Shown in pieces: positions 28,986 through 41,577 of a stretch of 64,000 nucleotides of DNA; positions within the stretch are counted from its first letter, which is position 1; every line of letters begins with the position of its first letter. The stretch is taken from NCBI GenBank assembly GCA_002269645.1, contig NIVC01001905.1, forward strand, positions 113,691 through 177,690, read 5' to 3'. The position numbers were made by a program, and so were the translations under genes. Below the pieces are notes generated by a model. It made no database searches and was not told where the DNA came from. It saw nothing but the letters and a program-made list of their open reading frames with translations. Origin of the DNA: Macrostomum lignano. Taxonomy: Eukaryota.

Positions 28986-29528
28986 GTTATGGTGAAATAT
29001 TGTATTTTTTAATAAAAACTTCATAAAAGCATAAGAGACTTATTTAGAATTGCTAACATGTCAAGGCTGGTATGGGAAATTGCTGTGATGTCAAGACTCA
29101 TGGGAGAATTTCTAAGATCTCAAGGCTCGGGGGAATCGCTATAATTATGTCATTCTGAGGAGAATTGCTTTGATTTCAAGGTTCATTTGGGAAATTGCTG
29201 AGGTATCAAGGCTCATTAAAATGCTTTGCTGTCAAGGCTCATAGAGATAACCCTTCTGAAGAATTGCTGATATGTCAAGGCTAACAAGGGACTGCCGAGG
29301 TATATTGCAAAGAGACGCTACATATAGTTTATTAAAAAAACTTGTACTGCATTTTTTGGCTCCCCAACGGGGGGCGCTGATTGCTAGTTGAATCTACGCT
29401 CGTAGATGTCTATGGTAAAATGCAAAGTATCTAAATTGGCTTATTAAATTACATGTCAGACATATTAGCAAAAAATCTATCTCACACAGTGCTTCATCTT
29501 CATTACCCGCTCGCGAACCCCGCTAGCA

Positions 29529-32500
29529 ATGGCTGCCTCAAAAGCAGACAGGCTACAAGATGTACCCAAGCCGCCAGCATTTCTCGACCCGCTGTACACT
29601 TTGGAGACCTGCTATTATTACTGCGTGCCGACATTTCACTCCACCGGGCACCCCATCACCTGCTGGCTGTTGAAGCGAATCCTCTGCAGAGACTCGGAGG
29701 CGATTCGCCGGAAGCTCGAGCTGAACCCGGCGACCCTGCAGAGCGGCTACTTTCAGCTGCTCGATGATCCCACGGTGTACACTGACTGCAGCGACAGCGA
29801 GCCCATGTTTCACAGGAAGTGCGTCCTGTACCTCAGCGCTCTCGGGTTGGCGATGTACTTTAAATCGGTGAGTCTTAGCTGATGGATTAGTCTGATGAGT
29901 GATGGATTAGTCTGATGAGTGATGGATTAGTCTGATGAGTGATGGATTAGTCTGATGAGTGATGGATTAGTCTGATGAGTGATGGATTAGTATGGATGGA
30001 TGGATGGATGGATGGATGGATGGATGGATGGATGGATGGATGGATGGATGGATGGATGGATGGATGGATGGATGGATGGATGGATGGATGGATGGATGGA
30101 TGGATGGATGGATGGATGGATGGATGGATGGATGGATGGATGGATGGATGGATGGATGGATGGATGGATGGATGGATGGATGGATGGATGGATGGATGGA
30201 TGGATGGATGGATGGATGGATGGATGGATGGATGGATGGATGGATGGATGGATGGATGGATGGATGGATGGATGGATGGATGGATGGATGGATGGATGGA
30301 TGGATGGATGGATGGATGGATGGATGGATGGATGGATGGATGGATGGATGGATGGATGGATGGATGGATGGATGGATGGATGGATGGATGGATGGATGGA
30401 TGGATGGATGGATGGATGGATGGATGGATGGATGGATGGATGGATGGATGGATGGATGGATGGATGGATGGATGGATGGATGGATGGATGGATGGATGGA
30501 TGGATGGATGGATGGATGGATGGATGGATGGATGGATGGATGGATGGATGGATGGATGGATGGATGGATGGATGGATGGATGGATGGATGGATGGATGGA
30601 TGGATGGATGGATGGATGGATGGATGGATGGATGGATGGATGGATGGATGGATGGATGGATGGATGGATGGATGGATGGATGGATGGATGGATGGATGGA
30701 TGGATGGATGGATGGATGGATAAGTGAAGTCCCCAGCGCCATCCACCCCTACGGCCCCACAGTTCGAGGTGGTCGACTTGCTGTTGAGCTTCCGCAGTTC
30801 CAACAACTCGCCAGTTGCGTCACCCAACGAGCCACAGTACGCCACCCACCTGCAAGACTCTGTGGATGGCGATTTCCACGCCTTCCCACTGTACATGCTG
30901 CTGCTCCGGCGCTCAGTGTTCCAGGCTACGACGCCGATGCAGCAGGCGGGCTGGGTGCCCGGCAAAGCCTTCGCGATGCCGCTGCGCAGGCGATTCGAGC
31001 GCCGACTGATTTATTACCGAGACTGGCTGGACGCCGCCCTGGCACTGCACTCCAGCAGGCCGTCCTTCCCGCTGGCCGCTCTGGTCAACTCGGTGACCTC
31101 CTGCCCCGGCTACTGCTACTCTCGCTTCCCCGTGGAGTCCGTGGCCAAGCCCAAAGCCTCCGACGATGCCGCTGCAAAAAATTCCAAATCAAAGTCAAAG
31201 TCGGATAAGTCGGGCAAAAAATCGACAAAAAAGTCGGGCAAGTCGGGCAAAGCAGGCAAAGGTCAGGTCGATCCGGCCGTGTACGCCCGGCAGCCCGGCG
31301 CGATGGAGTTCGGCGACCAGCCGTTGAGCGTGCCGGTCATCGGGGTCAAAAGCCTGGCGAGCTTGTGTGACCTGGCTGACCGCCTGCGGCAAACCAAGCA
31401 GAGGGCGGCCGATATTCGAGAACTGCTCAGGGAGGCCAGAGCTGACGGGCTCAATACCGAAGTGCTGATGGCGCAGGCCCTGGACGACATCAAACCGGAT
31501 CCGAAGCCTGAGGACAGCAATGAGAACAATTGCAGCACGAGTGAGTGAGGAACTGGAACACCGAACCCCTGGTCCCATTCATCTGGGGCCTGTGTTGCAT
31601 GAAAATTGGTCACACCTGAGGGCCAACACCCAAGGCACGGAGAGTGTACATGCCTGACGGTTAGAAAGTCAAAGGGGCCGGTGTACAGCCTGTATGAGCG
31701 AGCGTGTGCATAAATGTGTGCTCAGCGGAACAGGCAGAGTTTCTGCCATTTGTTCATAATTTTGCAAATATGATTTTGATTTTAGCCTCCCAACTTTCAG
31801 CAGCTCAGCAGCCCAGCAACAGCAACAATCACGCGGCGGCAGCAAAAAAGAAGAAGTCTAACCCGCAATCGCCAGACGAAGCTGAGCACTGCTCGGAGCC
31901 GCTCCGCATCGTGCTTCTGGGCCTGGAGCGGGAGCGCTGCAGGCAGCAGTGCATGGAGGCTGTCTCAGTCTACGTGCATCGTCGGAGTTACTTCGGCTTC
32001 GGCCAGCAGCTCGATCCTGAGCACGGCCGGTGCCGAGACGTCCGCAATATGGTGGTGTGCCTGCTGAACAGCATCGGCTGCGAGCAAGCGGCCATCGATT
32101 CCATTGTACAGAGCATTCGGGCTGGCCATCCTCGCTGGAGGGCGTTGGAGGCGGTGAAACAGCAGCGAACAAGTGAGTGCTGACCTCTCCTCCCCTCTCC
32201 TCATCTGTCTCTCTCCTTTCTCTCTCCGTCTGGCTAACCCCCTCTCCTCATCTGTCTCTCCTTTCTCTCTCCGTCTGGCTAACCCCCTTTCCCGTCTGTC
32301 TCTCCTTTCTCTCTCCGTTTGGCTAACCCCCCTTTCCCGTCTGTCTCTCCTTTCTCTCTCCGTCTGGCTAACCCCCTTTCCCGTCTGTCTCTCCTTTCTC
32401 TCTCCGTTTGGCTAACCCCCCTTCCCGTCTGTCTCTCCTTTCTCTCTCCGTCTGGCTAACCCCCTTTCCCGTCTGTCTCTCCTTTCTCTCTCCGTTTGGC

Positions 32501-34240
32501 TAACCCCCCTTTCCCGTCTGTCTCTCCTTTCTCTCTCCGTCTGGCTAACCCCCCTTTCCCGTCTGTCTCGCTCCTTTCCACGTCTGTCTCAACCGTCTCT
32601 CCCCGTCTGTCTCACCCCTTTTCCGTCTGTCTCACATATTTCCATGTCTGTCCCACCCCTCTCCCTGTCTGTCTCACCCCTCTCCCTGTCTGTCTCACCC
32701 CTGTCCCTGTTTGTTTCACCCCTCTCCCTGTCTGTCTCACCCCTCTCCCTGTCAGTCTCACCCTTGTCCCTGTTTGTCTCACCCCTCTCCCTGTCTGTCT
32801 CACCCCTCTCCCTGTCTGTCTCATCCCTGTCCCTGTCTGTCTCACCCCTCTCCCTGTCTGTCTCACCCCTCTCCCTGTCTGTCTCACCCCTGTCCCTGTT
32901 TGTCTCACCCCTCTCCCTGTCTGTCTCACCCCTCTCCCTGTCTGCCTCATCCCTCTCCCTGTTTGTCTCACCCCTCTCCCTGTCTGTCTCACCCCTCTCC
33001 CTGTCTGCCTCATCCCTCTCCCTGTTTGTCTCACCCCTCTCCCTGTCTGTCTCACCCCTCTCCCTGTCTGTCTCATCCCACTCCCTGTCAGTCTCACCCC
33101 TCTCCCTGTCTGTCTCACCCCTCTCCCTGTCTGTCTCACTTCTCAACCCGTCTGTCTGTCCTTAGTTGCTGCATGTTTCCAAAAAGCTTATCTCTTGATC
33201 GTGTGTAACTATGCATACTTCAACAGCAATTTCTAATCTATCCCGACATTCCCGACAAAATGTATAGGAAAAAAGCAGCTAGCTCGCGGTTTAGAGAGGA
33301 ATCTTCAGAATAAATCCGAACTTGTTCCCCTTCTCGGATAAGCAATCCGCCGGTTCATAGCCAACTTGTAGAGACTTAACAGTGAGAAGTATCGGATTTT
33401 CCAATGAATTTTATATGCGCCCGGGTCTATCTCGATTGTCGGATATTAGCGGCGGATGAAAATAAATGTGTGTAAAAATAGGCTTTAGCTAGACCCTATG
33501 GCACAGACTGCAATTACAGGGTCTACTCGGGTACTCAAGGTGTGCCGTTTATTACCTTCTAAATTAAGTAAACTGTTCGCATTTTGCTATACTGGATATT
33601 TTCAGCCTGCTAAAGATTACCCCTTAAGTGATTAGATAGATAATTAACCTAATGAAGACTCGATACATCCTGTAATTAAATATTTTCGTCAAAAATGTAT
33701 AATTTGCTTGAAAGCTACTTGAAGTAGGAGTAAGACTAGACAATTCATTACATGTCTAATGAAAGTTCACTAGATGTCTAATGACAGTTCACTAGATGCC
33801 TAATTACAGTTCAATGGATGCTCTATAGATGGGGCAGCCCAGAGTCGTTGTACCTGTGAAAGTCACCTGACAGCGTGCGGTGCTTTCTCCGCACAGGTGC
33901 CATCGCTCGGATCAGCGCCCTGATGACCGCCATTCTCATCAGCAGCAAGGAGATCGTGGACTTTCTAGCCAAAGACTCGTACCCACCGTACGCGCCCAAC
34001 TCTGTTGACTTCGAACTGCACCCTCGGGTGGCCACCGCCATGACCTCTATTCGTTACGGCATCGTTCGCGACCTCAACGCCAGCCGAGACGCGTGGAAAT
34101 ACCTGACCCCGGAGATGCTCACCGAGGTGGTGCAGAACTCGGCAGTGTTGCTGCACTTTAAAGTTGGCAAACGGCCGAGCAAAGCGATGATGGACGAATA
34201 CAAAAAGAAGCTGGATATGCAAATTAAAAAGAAGAAGTGA
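29529..34240 (+). CDS. Uncharacterised 610-aa protein; join(29529..29867,30763..31540,31801..32172,33897..34240)
   Basis: Four GC3-rich open segments. Three GTGAGT donors and cag acceptors have compatible phases (0,1,1), 1833 nt = 611 codons. Lys-rich linker and KKKK C-terminus. No family recognised. Confidence 0.7.
29880..30722. repeat. 20-bp repeat (GATGGATTAGTCTGATGAGT) x~5 followed by pure (GGAT)n, in orphan-gene intron 1
   Basis: Seen directly. Confidence 0.97.
32183..33155. repeat. Adjacent ~44-bp and 21-bp CT-rich minisatellites in orphan-gene intron 3
   Basis: CTGTCTCTCCTTTCTCTCTCCGTCTGGCTAACCCCC units followed by CTGTCTCACCCCTCTCCCTGT units. Confidence 0.9.
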
Positions 34241-34827
34241 AAAGTTTACCTATTTAAAGTGCGTTTAAAACAAATATTGAAGCGTTGATTCGACAATTTT
34301 TGGCAAAATAGGAAACAAACGCTATTTATACTACTGGCAAATGTTTTTTACGAATATTTGAATTTCAAAAAATAATTGAAAATTCATAGCCGCCAAACAG
34401 TCGAATCAGCAATTTTCGTCGGGCTGTTATTTTTTTGGGTTGAATGCCGCTGTCCCATTTTTAATGAGTTCGCCGAGAAAAAGTTTGTCAAGAAATAAGC
34501 TCCTCATGGACCCGGAGTTGTTCATTTTTTACCTGGAGCATCCATTTTTCCTGTCTCTACTTCTTAGTTGTACCTTACTTTTACTAATTAGTTTCTCTGT
34601 TTATCCTCACATTTTCTCTCTCTCTCTCTCTCTCAATTACGAAAATTTGTTAAACTCGGCCGCTTTTCATGCCTGGCTGGAAATCATTTTTTGGTGAATG
34701 AACAAAGCCGAACATACAAATGCGAGTGCGCCGCTTGCAGTATGAGATGTACTTTTCTTTAAATTTTGCCAGAGTCTTACTGAGTTGCTACTGACTTTTG
34801 TACCACGTTACCCGAAGTTTAGGCTCC

Positions 34828-35300
34828 TTGGGATTCAATTCTTATGGATTCTAGGGAATGGGACTCTCGGAATTGGATTCACGGGAAAGGGATTCTAGGG
34901 AATGGGATTCTCGGGAATGGGATTCTCGGAAATGGGATTCTCGGAATTGGATTCACGGGAAAGGGATTCTAGGGAATGGGATTCTCGGGAGTGGGATTCT
35001 CGGAAATGGGATTCTCGGGGATGGGATTCTCAGAATTGGATTCACTGGAAAGCGATTCTAGGGAATTGGATTCATGGGAAAGGAATTCTAGGGAATGGGA
35101 TTCTTGGGGTGGGATTCTCGGGAGTGGGATTCTCATGAGTGGGATTCTCGGGAATGGGATTCTCGGGAGTGGGATTCTCATGAGTGGGATTCTCGGGAAT
35201 GGGATTCTCGAGAATGGGATTCTTGGAAACAGGATTTTTGTGAATGGAATTCTCGGGAATGGGATTCTCGGGAATGGGATTCAAGAGAATGGGTATATTG
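34828..35300. repeat. 15-bp minisatellite (GGGATTCTCGGGAAT)n
   Basis: Direct tandem units. Confidence 0.88.
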
Positions 35301-35692
35301 GAATGATAAAACTTTGGTTTGAATGATATGATGAAGAAGAAGATTCTCAAAGATAACATTTAATTAGGCAATATAAATGCAGTTGAGCTCGGCTGAAACC
35401 TGCAATTATTATGCAAGGCTAAAGTTTCACTTAGCTTAGGACTGCTAATGAGCCCCTGCGTTAGTTTAGGTGTCAAATTATCATAATTTTTGTCTCGAGA
35501 AAGGCAACTTGCACGCGAATTGAAAATTTCCAACCTTTCTCTTTCTTTGGCGAAGTTCCACCCGGTTGAAAAATATTCGCTTGAATTTTGCTTCTTAGTA
35601 CGAGCTAAACAAATATTCAGCAAGTACGTGAAGACCATTGATTTAAATAAGACAGCGACTTTAGTCTGTAGCAGAGAAGACTCTCCGCCAGA

Positions 35693-35952
35693 ATCTCTCT
35701 GATCTACCTGTGATTCTCATTGATCTATCTGAGATTCTCTTTGATCTACCTGAGCTTCTTTCTGATCTACCTGAGATTCTCCTTGATCCACCTGAGCTTC
35801 TCTCTGATCTACCTGAGATTCTCTCTGATCTACCTGATATTCTCTCTGATCTACCTGAGATTCTCTCCGATCTACCTGAGATTCTCTCTGATCCACCTGA
35901 GATTCTCCTTGATCCACCTGAGATTCTCCTTGATCCACCTGAGATTCTCTCT
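35693..35952. repeat. 21-bp minisatellite (GATCTACCTGAGATTCTCTCT)n
   Basis: Direct tandem units. Confidence 0.9.
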
Positions 35953-37192
35953 GTACCCTGCGAATCACCCCAAGAATTGTTCACATCTACTCATAAATCT
36001 CCGGACTCCATGCTGAACATTCTTTAACAGGTTCCAGTCGCAGACGAAAATGCAGAACTCGGCTGCAGATGTAGCTACTAGTTACATGTGTATTTAAACG
36101 AACAAAAAGTACAAAAACAAATTTAAACCAGAAGCGTTTTAATTTGAATTTCTTTTACGGGTTTTCGCGTGTCTGTGCTGGGGTGGCTTCGAAAAACGGA
36201 TTAACACGAAGTGAACCAAAAAAGACGAGTGATACTTATTGAGTGAAGCTTCCAGTGGCTGTTAAGATAAGATAAGAGTAATAACTGATTATCTGATTGT
36301 TAAACACCATTTTATTTCCCAAGGGTAATTACATGTAATCAGAGGTGCGCTCGTTTTGATAGCTCTCAGCGCTAATTGGTACAGACAGACAGGAAATTAT
36401 TCGATTAATCATGAAGTTCCAACGTAGGGAGGGGTCTCAAGTACCCTACTGAAGTTAAAATAAATAATTTTCATAGGCACACACGCAACATTGACAATAT
36501 AACTTTCAATATTTAAATTCGAGCGCAAATTTAAATAAATCGTTATACATCGTTGGGGAAACAAGAAAAATAACAATTACTGCGAGAGTGGAAAATATAA
36601 CAGTGTAAATATGACGACTTCAATCAAGCAAATTATTGCAACCTATATCTAGGATCTTTTGGCGCCAATTAAAAAAACGAAAAAGCGAGTGCTCACAAAA
36701 GCAACATTGTGCCTTTTAGTGCCTGTACGATCATTTAGACTTAGATTCAACTACGCTTATTCGTCCAATGACTGAAGAGATCAAACGGCATTGTCTACGG
36801 GAAAGCTAAGGTGTCTATGGTGCAAACTGCACCACAATAGAATTTCATTCACAATAGACTACTATTGAACACTGGAAATCTGTGACGCAAGCGCACAAAA
36901 AGTACCAGCCTTCAAGTCTACGTACAGTCATAAAAATTTCGTAAATAAACTTTCTGTCAATTATCGACTAGCACTGGGAAAAAAGTGGCGCAGATTGAAA
37001 ACCAAGTATTCAGGATAGATCGCTTTGAAGTATTTCATGTACATCAGCCGTAACTTTTTATGCTTAAGTATAATAATAGAACGCAAAAAATAAAAATTGC
37101 GTTGCGGAGACAGACAGCTTTTAAAGTATTCTTTTAGCCACAGCTTGACCAAAAGGCCCAAAAAGAGTGCCATAACCCCTAAGGTCACGCAA

Positions 37193-37790
37193 GATGCCAT
37201 GGCTCAATGGGGAGTTGCTGAGATGCCAATTGGCTCAATGGGGAGTTGCTGAGATGCCAATTGGCTCAATGGGGAGTTGCTGAGATGCCAATTGGCTCAA
37301 TGGGGAGTTGCTGAGATGCCATGGCTCAATGGGGAGTTGGTGAGATGCCAATTGGCTCAATGGGGAGTTGCTGAGATGCCAATTGGCTCAATGGGGAGTT
37401 GCTGAGATGCCAATTGGCTCAATGGGGAGTTGCTGAGATGCCAATTGGCTCAATGGGGAGTTGCTGAGATGCCAATTGGCTCAATGGGGAGTTGCTGAGA
37501 TGCCAATTGGCTCAATGGGGAGTTGCTGAGATGCCAATTGGCTCAATGGGGAGTTGCTGAGATGCCAATTGGCTCAATGGGGAGTTGCTGAGATGCCAAT
37601 TGGCTCAATGGGGAGTTGCTGAGATGCCAATTGGCTCAATGGGGAGTTGCTGAGATGCCAATTGGCTCAATGGGGAGTTGCTGAGATGCCAATTGGCTCA
37701 ATGGGGAGTTGCTGAGATGCCAATTGGCTCAATGGGGAGTTGCTGAGATGCCAATTGGCTCAATGGGGAGTTGCTGAGATGTCATGGCTC
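37193..37790. repeat. 31-bp minisatellite (GGCTCAATGGGGAGTTGCTGAGATGCCAATT)n
   Basis: Highly homogeneous tandem units. Confidence 0.95.
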
Positions 37791-38007
37791 AGGGCCAGTT
37801 GCACTCGCATATGCCTTTCACATTATTTTTGCACGCAATCAATGCTGAAATAATACAATTTGTACTGCATGTACTTTCAGGTGTCATTCGGATTCGGGAT
37901 TTCTAGTAAAAAAACAAGAAGTAAAGTCTCTAGTGGGCCTACAAATTATTTTTTCTTTATAGTTCACTACCAGTGGTCCTTGACTGACGCGCCATAGTGG
38001 TCCTTGT

Positions 38008-41000
38008 TTAAGAAGCGGCCAGCAAGCAGGGCACATAGTCGTATTCGGTCAGAATGCTGACGGCGAGGAACACGGCGTAGAGGCACAGCATGGCGACGCC
38101 CAGGCCTTTGGACATGCGCCAGCGAAAGGCCGCAATGCTCAGCACCAGGCAGGCGAGCATGCCGAACAGCATCAGGACGCTGCAGACGGCGCCTCTGCTG
38201 TTCACGGACACCGGGTTGGCCGAGTGGACGAGCGACCAGATGAGCCAGGGCAGCGGCAGGCCGATTGTTACGTCGAAGATGTTCGATCCGACCGAGCTGG
38301 AGACCGCCATGTCGCCGAGTCCCTGCCTGGCAACCACGACCGAGGTGATTAGGTCCGGGACGCTGGTGCCCGCAGCGAGAAATGTCAGGCCCATGATCTG
38401 CGGGTTGTTGCGCCATTTGATTTGTGTGTCCCAGTGTGTGTCTCAGTGTGTGTCTCAGTGTGTGTCTCAGTGTGTGTCTCAGTGTGTCTCAGTGTCTCTC
38501 AGTGTGTGTCTCAGTGTCTCTCAGTGTGTGTCTTAGTGTGTGTCTCAGTGGGTGTCTCAGTGTGTCTCAGTGTGTCTCAGTGTGTCTCAGTGTGTCTCAG
38601 TGTGTGTCTCAGTGTGTCTCAGTGTCTCTCAGTGTGTGTCTCAGTGTGTGTCTCAGTGTGTCTCAGTGTGTGTCTCAGTGTGTCTCAGTGTCTCTCAGTG
38701 TGTGTCTCAGTGTGTGTCTCAGTGTGTGTCTCAGTGTGTCTCAGTGTGTCTCAGTGTGTCTCAGTGTGTCTCAGTGTGTGTCAGTCAGTCAGTCAGTCAG
38801 TCAGTCAGTCAGTCAGTCAGTCAGTCAGTCAGTCAATCAGTCAGTCAGTCAGTCAGTCAGTCAGTCAGTCAGTCAGTCAGTCAGTCAGTCAGTCAGTCAG
38901 TCAGTCAGTCAGTCAGTCAGTCAGTCAGTCAGTCAGTCAGTCAGTCAGTCAGTCAGTCAGTCAGTCAGTCAGTCAGTCAGTCAGTCAGTCAGTCAGTCAG
39001 TCAGTCAGTCAGTCAGTCAGTCAGTCAGTCAGTCAGTCAGTCAGTCAGTCAGTCAGTCAGTCAGTCAGTCAGTCAGTCAGTCAGTCAGTCAGTCAGTCAG
39101 TCAGTCAGTCAGTCAGTCAGTCAGTCAGTCAGTCAGTCAGTCAGTCAGTCAGTCAGTCAGTCAGTCAGTCAGTCAGTCAGTCAGTCAGTCAGTCAGTCAG
39201 TCAGTCAGTCAGTCAGTCAGTCAGTCAGTCAGTCAGTCAGTCAGTCAGTCAGTCAGTCAGTCAGTCAGTCAGTCAGTCAGTCAGTCAGTCAGTCAGTCAG
39301 TCAGTCAGTCAGTCAGTCAGTCAGTCAGTCAGTCAGTCAGTCAGTCAGTCAGTCAGTCAGTCAGTCAGTCAGTCAGTCAGTCAGTCAGTCAGTCAGTCAG
39401 TCAGTCAGTCAGTCAGTCAGTCAGTCAGTCAGTCAGTCTCACCGAGTCGGGCACGCCGACAATCTCGCCGATGAGCTTGGCCCACCAGACCATCAGATAG
39501 CTGAAGCCGCCAATCCACACAATGCTGCCGATGAAAGTCCAAACGAAGAATTTTTCGCTTTTCTACAACAGAAGCCGGGTTCAGTCGAAGGACTCCGTCA
39601 TTAACTTCAAAGCTGGGATAATAAGACGGCTTCTACTTGGATAGGCATCGTAGGAAGTGGACAAAGCGAGCCGAAAAAAATCCGGAGAGCAAACACAATG
39701 AAAGTTGGCCATGAAAAGATAGTCAGTTAATGTATAAAGGACTATATAATTCTATAGCTGTTTGTTCTTATGCTCAACTGGTTCTGTATGATGAATGATT
39801 GGCACGGAACTTGATTCGCGCGTATCGTACCCTCGCGAGCCAACCCCCAAGGCACAGACAGAGTACACCTAGCCGACACAGCTCCTATCTAAGAACTAAC
39901 TAATCCCAGTTGACCTGCACCTGCTCACTCACCTGCTTCCTCACATCCGCCAGCGTGAGCCACAGCAGTATGGCGATGGGGAACACCAGGACGTACATGA
40001 TCCGTTCACGAGCCCTGCCCGGCCAAGTCAGATCCATCGGCTCAGAGTTCTCCAGCTGTGTTGTGAAATGGTGAGGAATTTCAACCAGTGATTACGGGAG
40101 AATTGGTGAGATTGGAGTGAGATAGAGTGAGATTGGACTGAGATAGTGAGATTGGACTGAGATAGGTGAGATTGGACTGGACAGGGTGAGATTAGACTGT
40201 TATTGGGTGAGATTTGACTGGGACAGGGTGAGATTTGACTGGAATAGGGTGAGATTGGACTGAGATAAGTGAGATTGAACTGAGATAGGTGAGATTGGAC
40301 TGGACAGGGTGAGATTAGACTGTTATTGGGTGAGATTTGACTGGGACAGGGTGAGATTTGACTGGGACGGGGTGAGATTTGACTGGAATAGGGTGAGATT
40401 GGACTAAGACAGGGTGAGATTGGACTAAGATAGGGTGAGATTGGACTAAGACAGGGTGAGATTGGACTAAGATAGGCTGAGATTGGAGTGAGATAGGGTT
40501 AGTTTGGACTGAGATAGGCTGAGATTGGACTGAGATAGCGTGAGATTGGACTGGAATATGATGGGATTTGACTGGAACAGGGTGAGATTGAATTAAGAGA
40601 TCTAATTTCAGTCTGTGGATTTCGCGCCAAATCCTAACAAAATGAAAATGTTTTTCTTAAGCGAATCAGTTAAGAGAAGCATCAGGGCCAAACGTCAGGC
40701 TGACAGCTCTGAAGCCGAGCTGACTGAAAAACAAACAGATAACCAGATAGAAATCTACTCAGCCAGCTTGAGTGCGGTTCGCGGATGCTGTGAGGCAGCT
40801 TCATCAAGCTAATGAATCTGACACCCGTTGAAGCAATAAGAAGAGAGACAGAGAGAGCGCGGAAAGCTACTGATCATGCGGATTAGGGGGCCGGCGCTAG
40901 ATGGGATTAAAGCCGGACAGGGCGCGCGGACCCAGCTTCTCTCTGTTTCCCACACACGAAATCTGAGTTAAATTGCTCGACAAGAAGGTGAAGCGCCTTT

Positions 41001-41396
41001 GTGTCTGGCGTTGTCACCCGAAACCGGGGACTGCGACACACGCGGGAGCCTGGAAAATGATGGCGAATCTCACCGACAAGATTTGGCGACCAAAGAGTTC
41101 TTCGTTAATCGGCATTTCTACTTAGTTGCTAGGTGCATAGAAACGGGACCTGACTCACTGGGACAGAGTTGACTTGTAACTAAGCGGCTGAAGTTCACTG
41201 CATCAGCGAATTGGCCCGCTTGCTGGGGAGTTCGAATCGATTTTATTAAACAAATCTTCTAATTAACCATTCAAGCAACAGACTGTTCTTCAAGTAAAAT
41301 AATTGACCAATCAGTGAAGTAATCGATATACTAATCAATCAATCAATGAATCAGTCAATGAATCAATTAATCAATGAATCAATCATTCATTCAATT

Positions 41397-41435
<39 letters not shown>

Positions 41436-41494
41436 CAATCAATGAATCAATCGATCGATCAATCAATCGATCAATCGATCAGTCAATCATTCAA

Positions 41495-41577
<83 letters not shown>

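Noticed and set aside
29967-31208. MDGW and IHPS repeat ORFs
   Set aside because: These are (GGAT)n microsatellite translations inside intron 1 of the orphan gene.
36765-36810. CTGAAGA...GAAA hammerhead-like core
   Set aside because: No stem II or stem I/III pairing can be drawn.
38422-39604. 350-aa SVSQ ORFs
   Set aside because: These are (TCAG)n microsatellite translations antisense to NCKX intron 4.
40880-40909. Two GGATTA (Otx/Crx-type) sites in NCKX intron 2
   Set aside because: Hexamers are expected by chance and conservation cannot be assessed.
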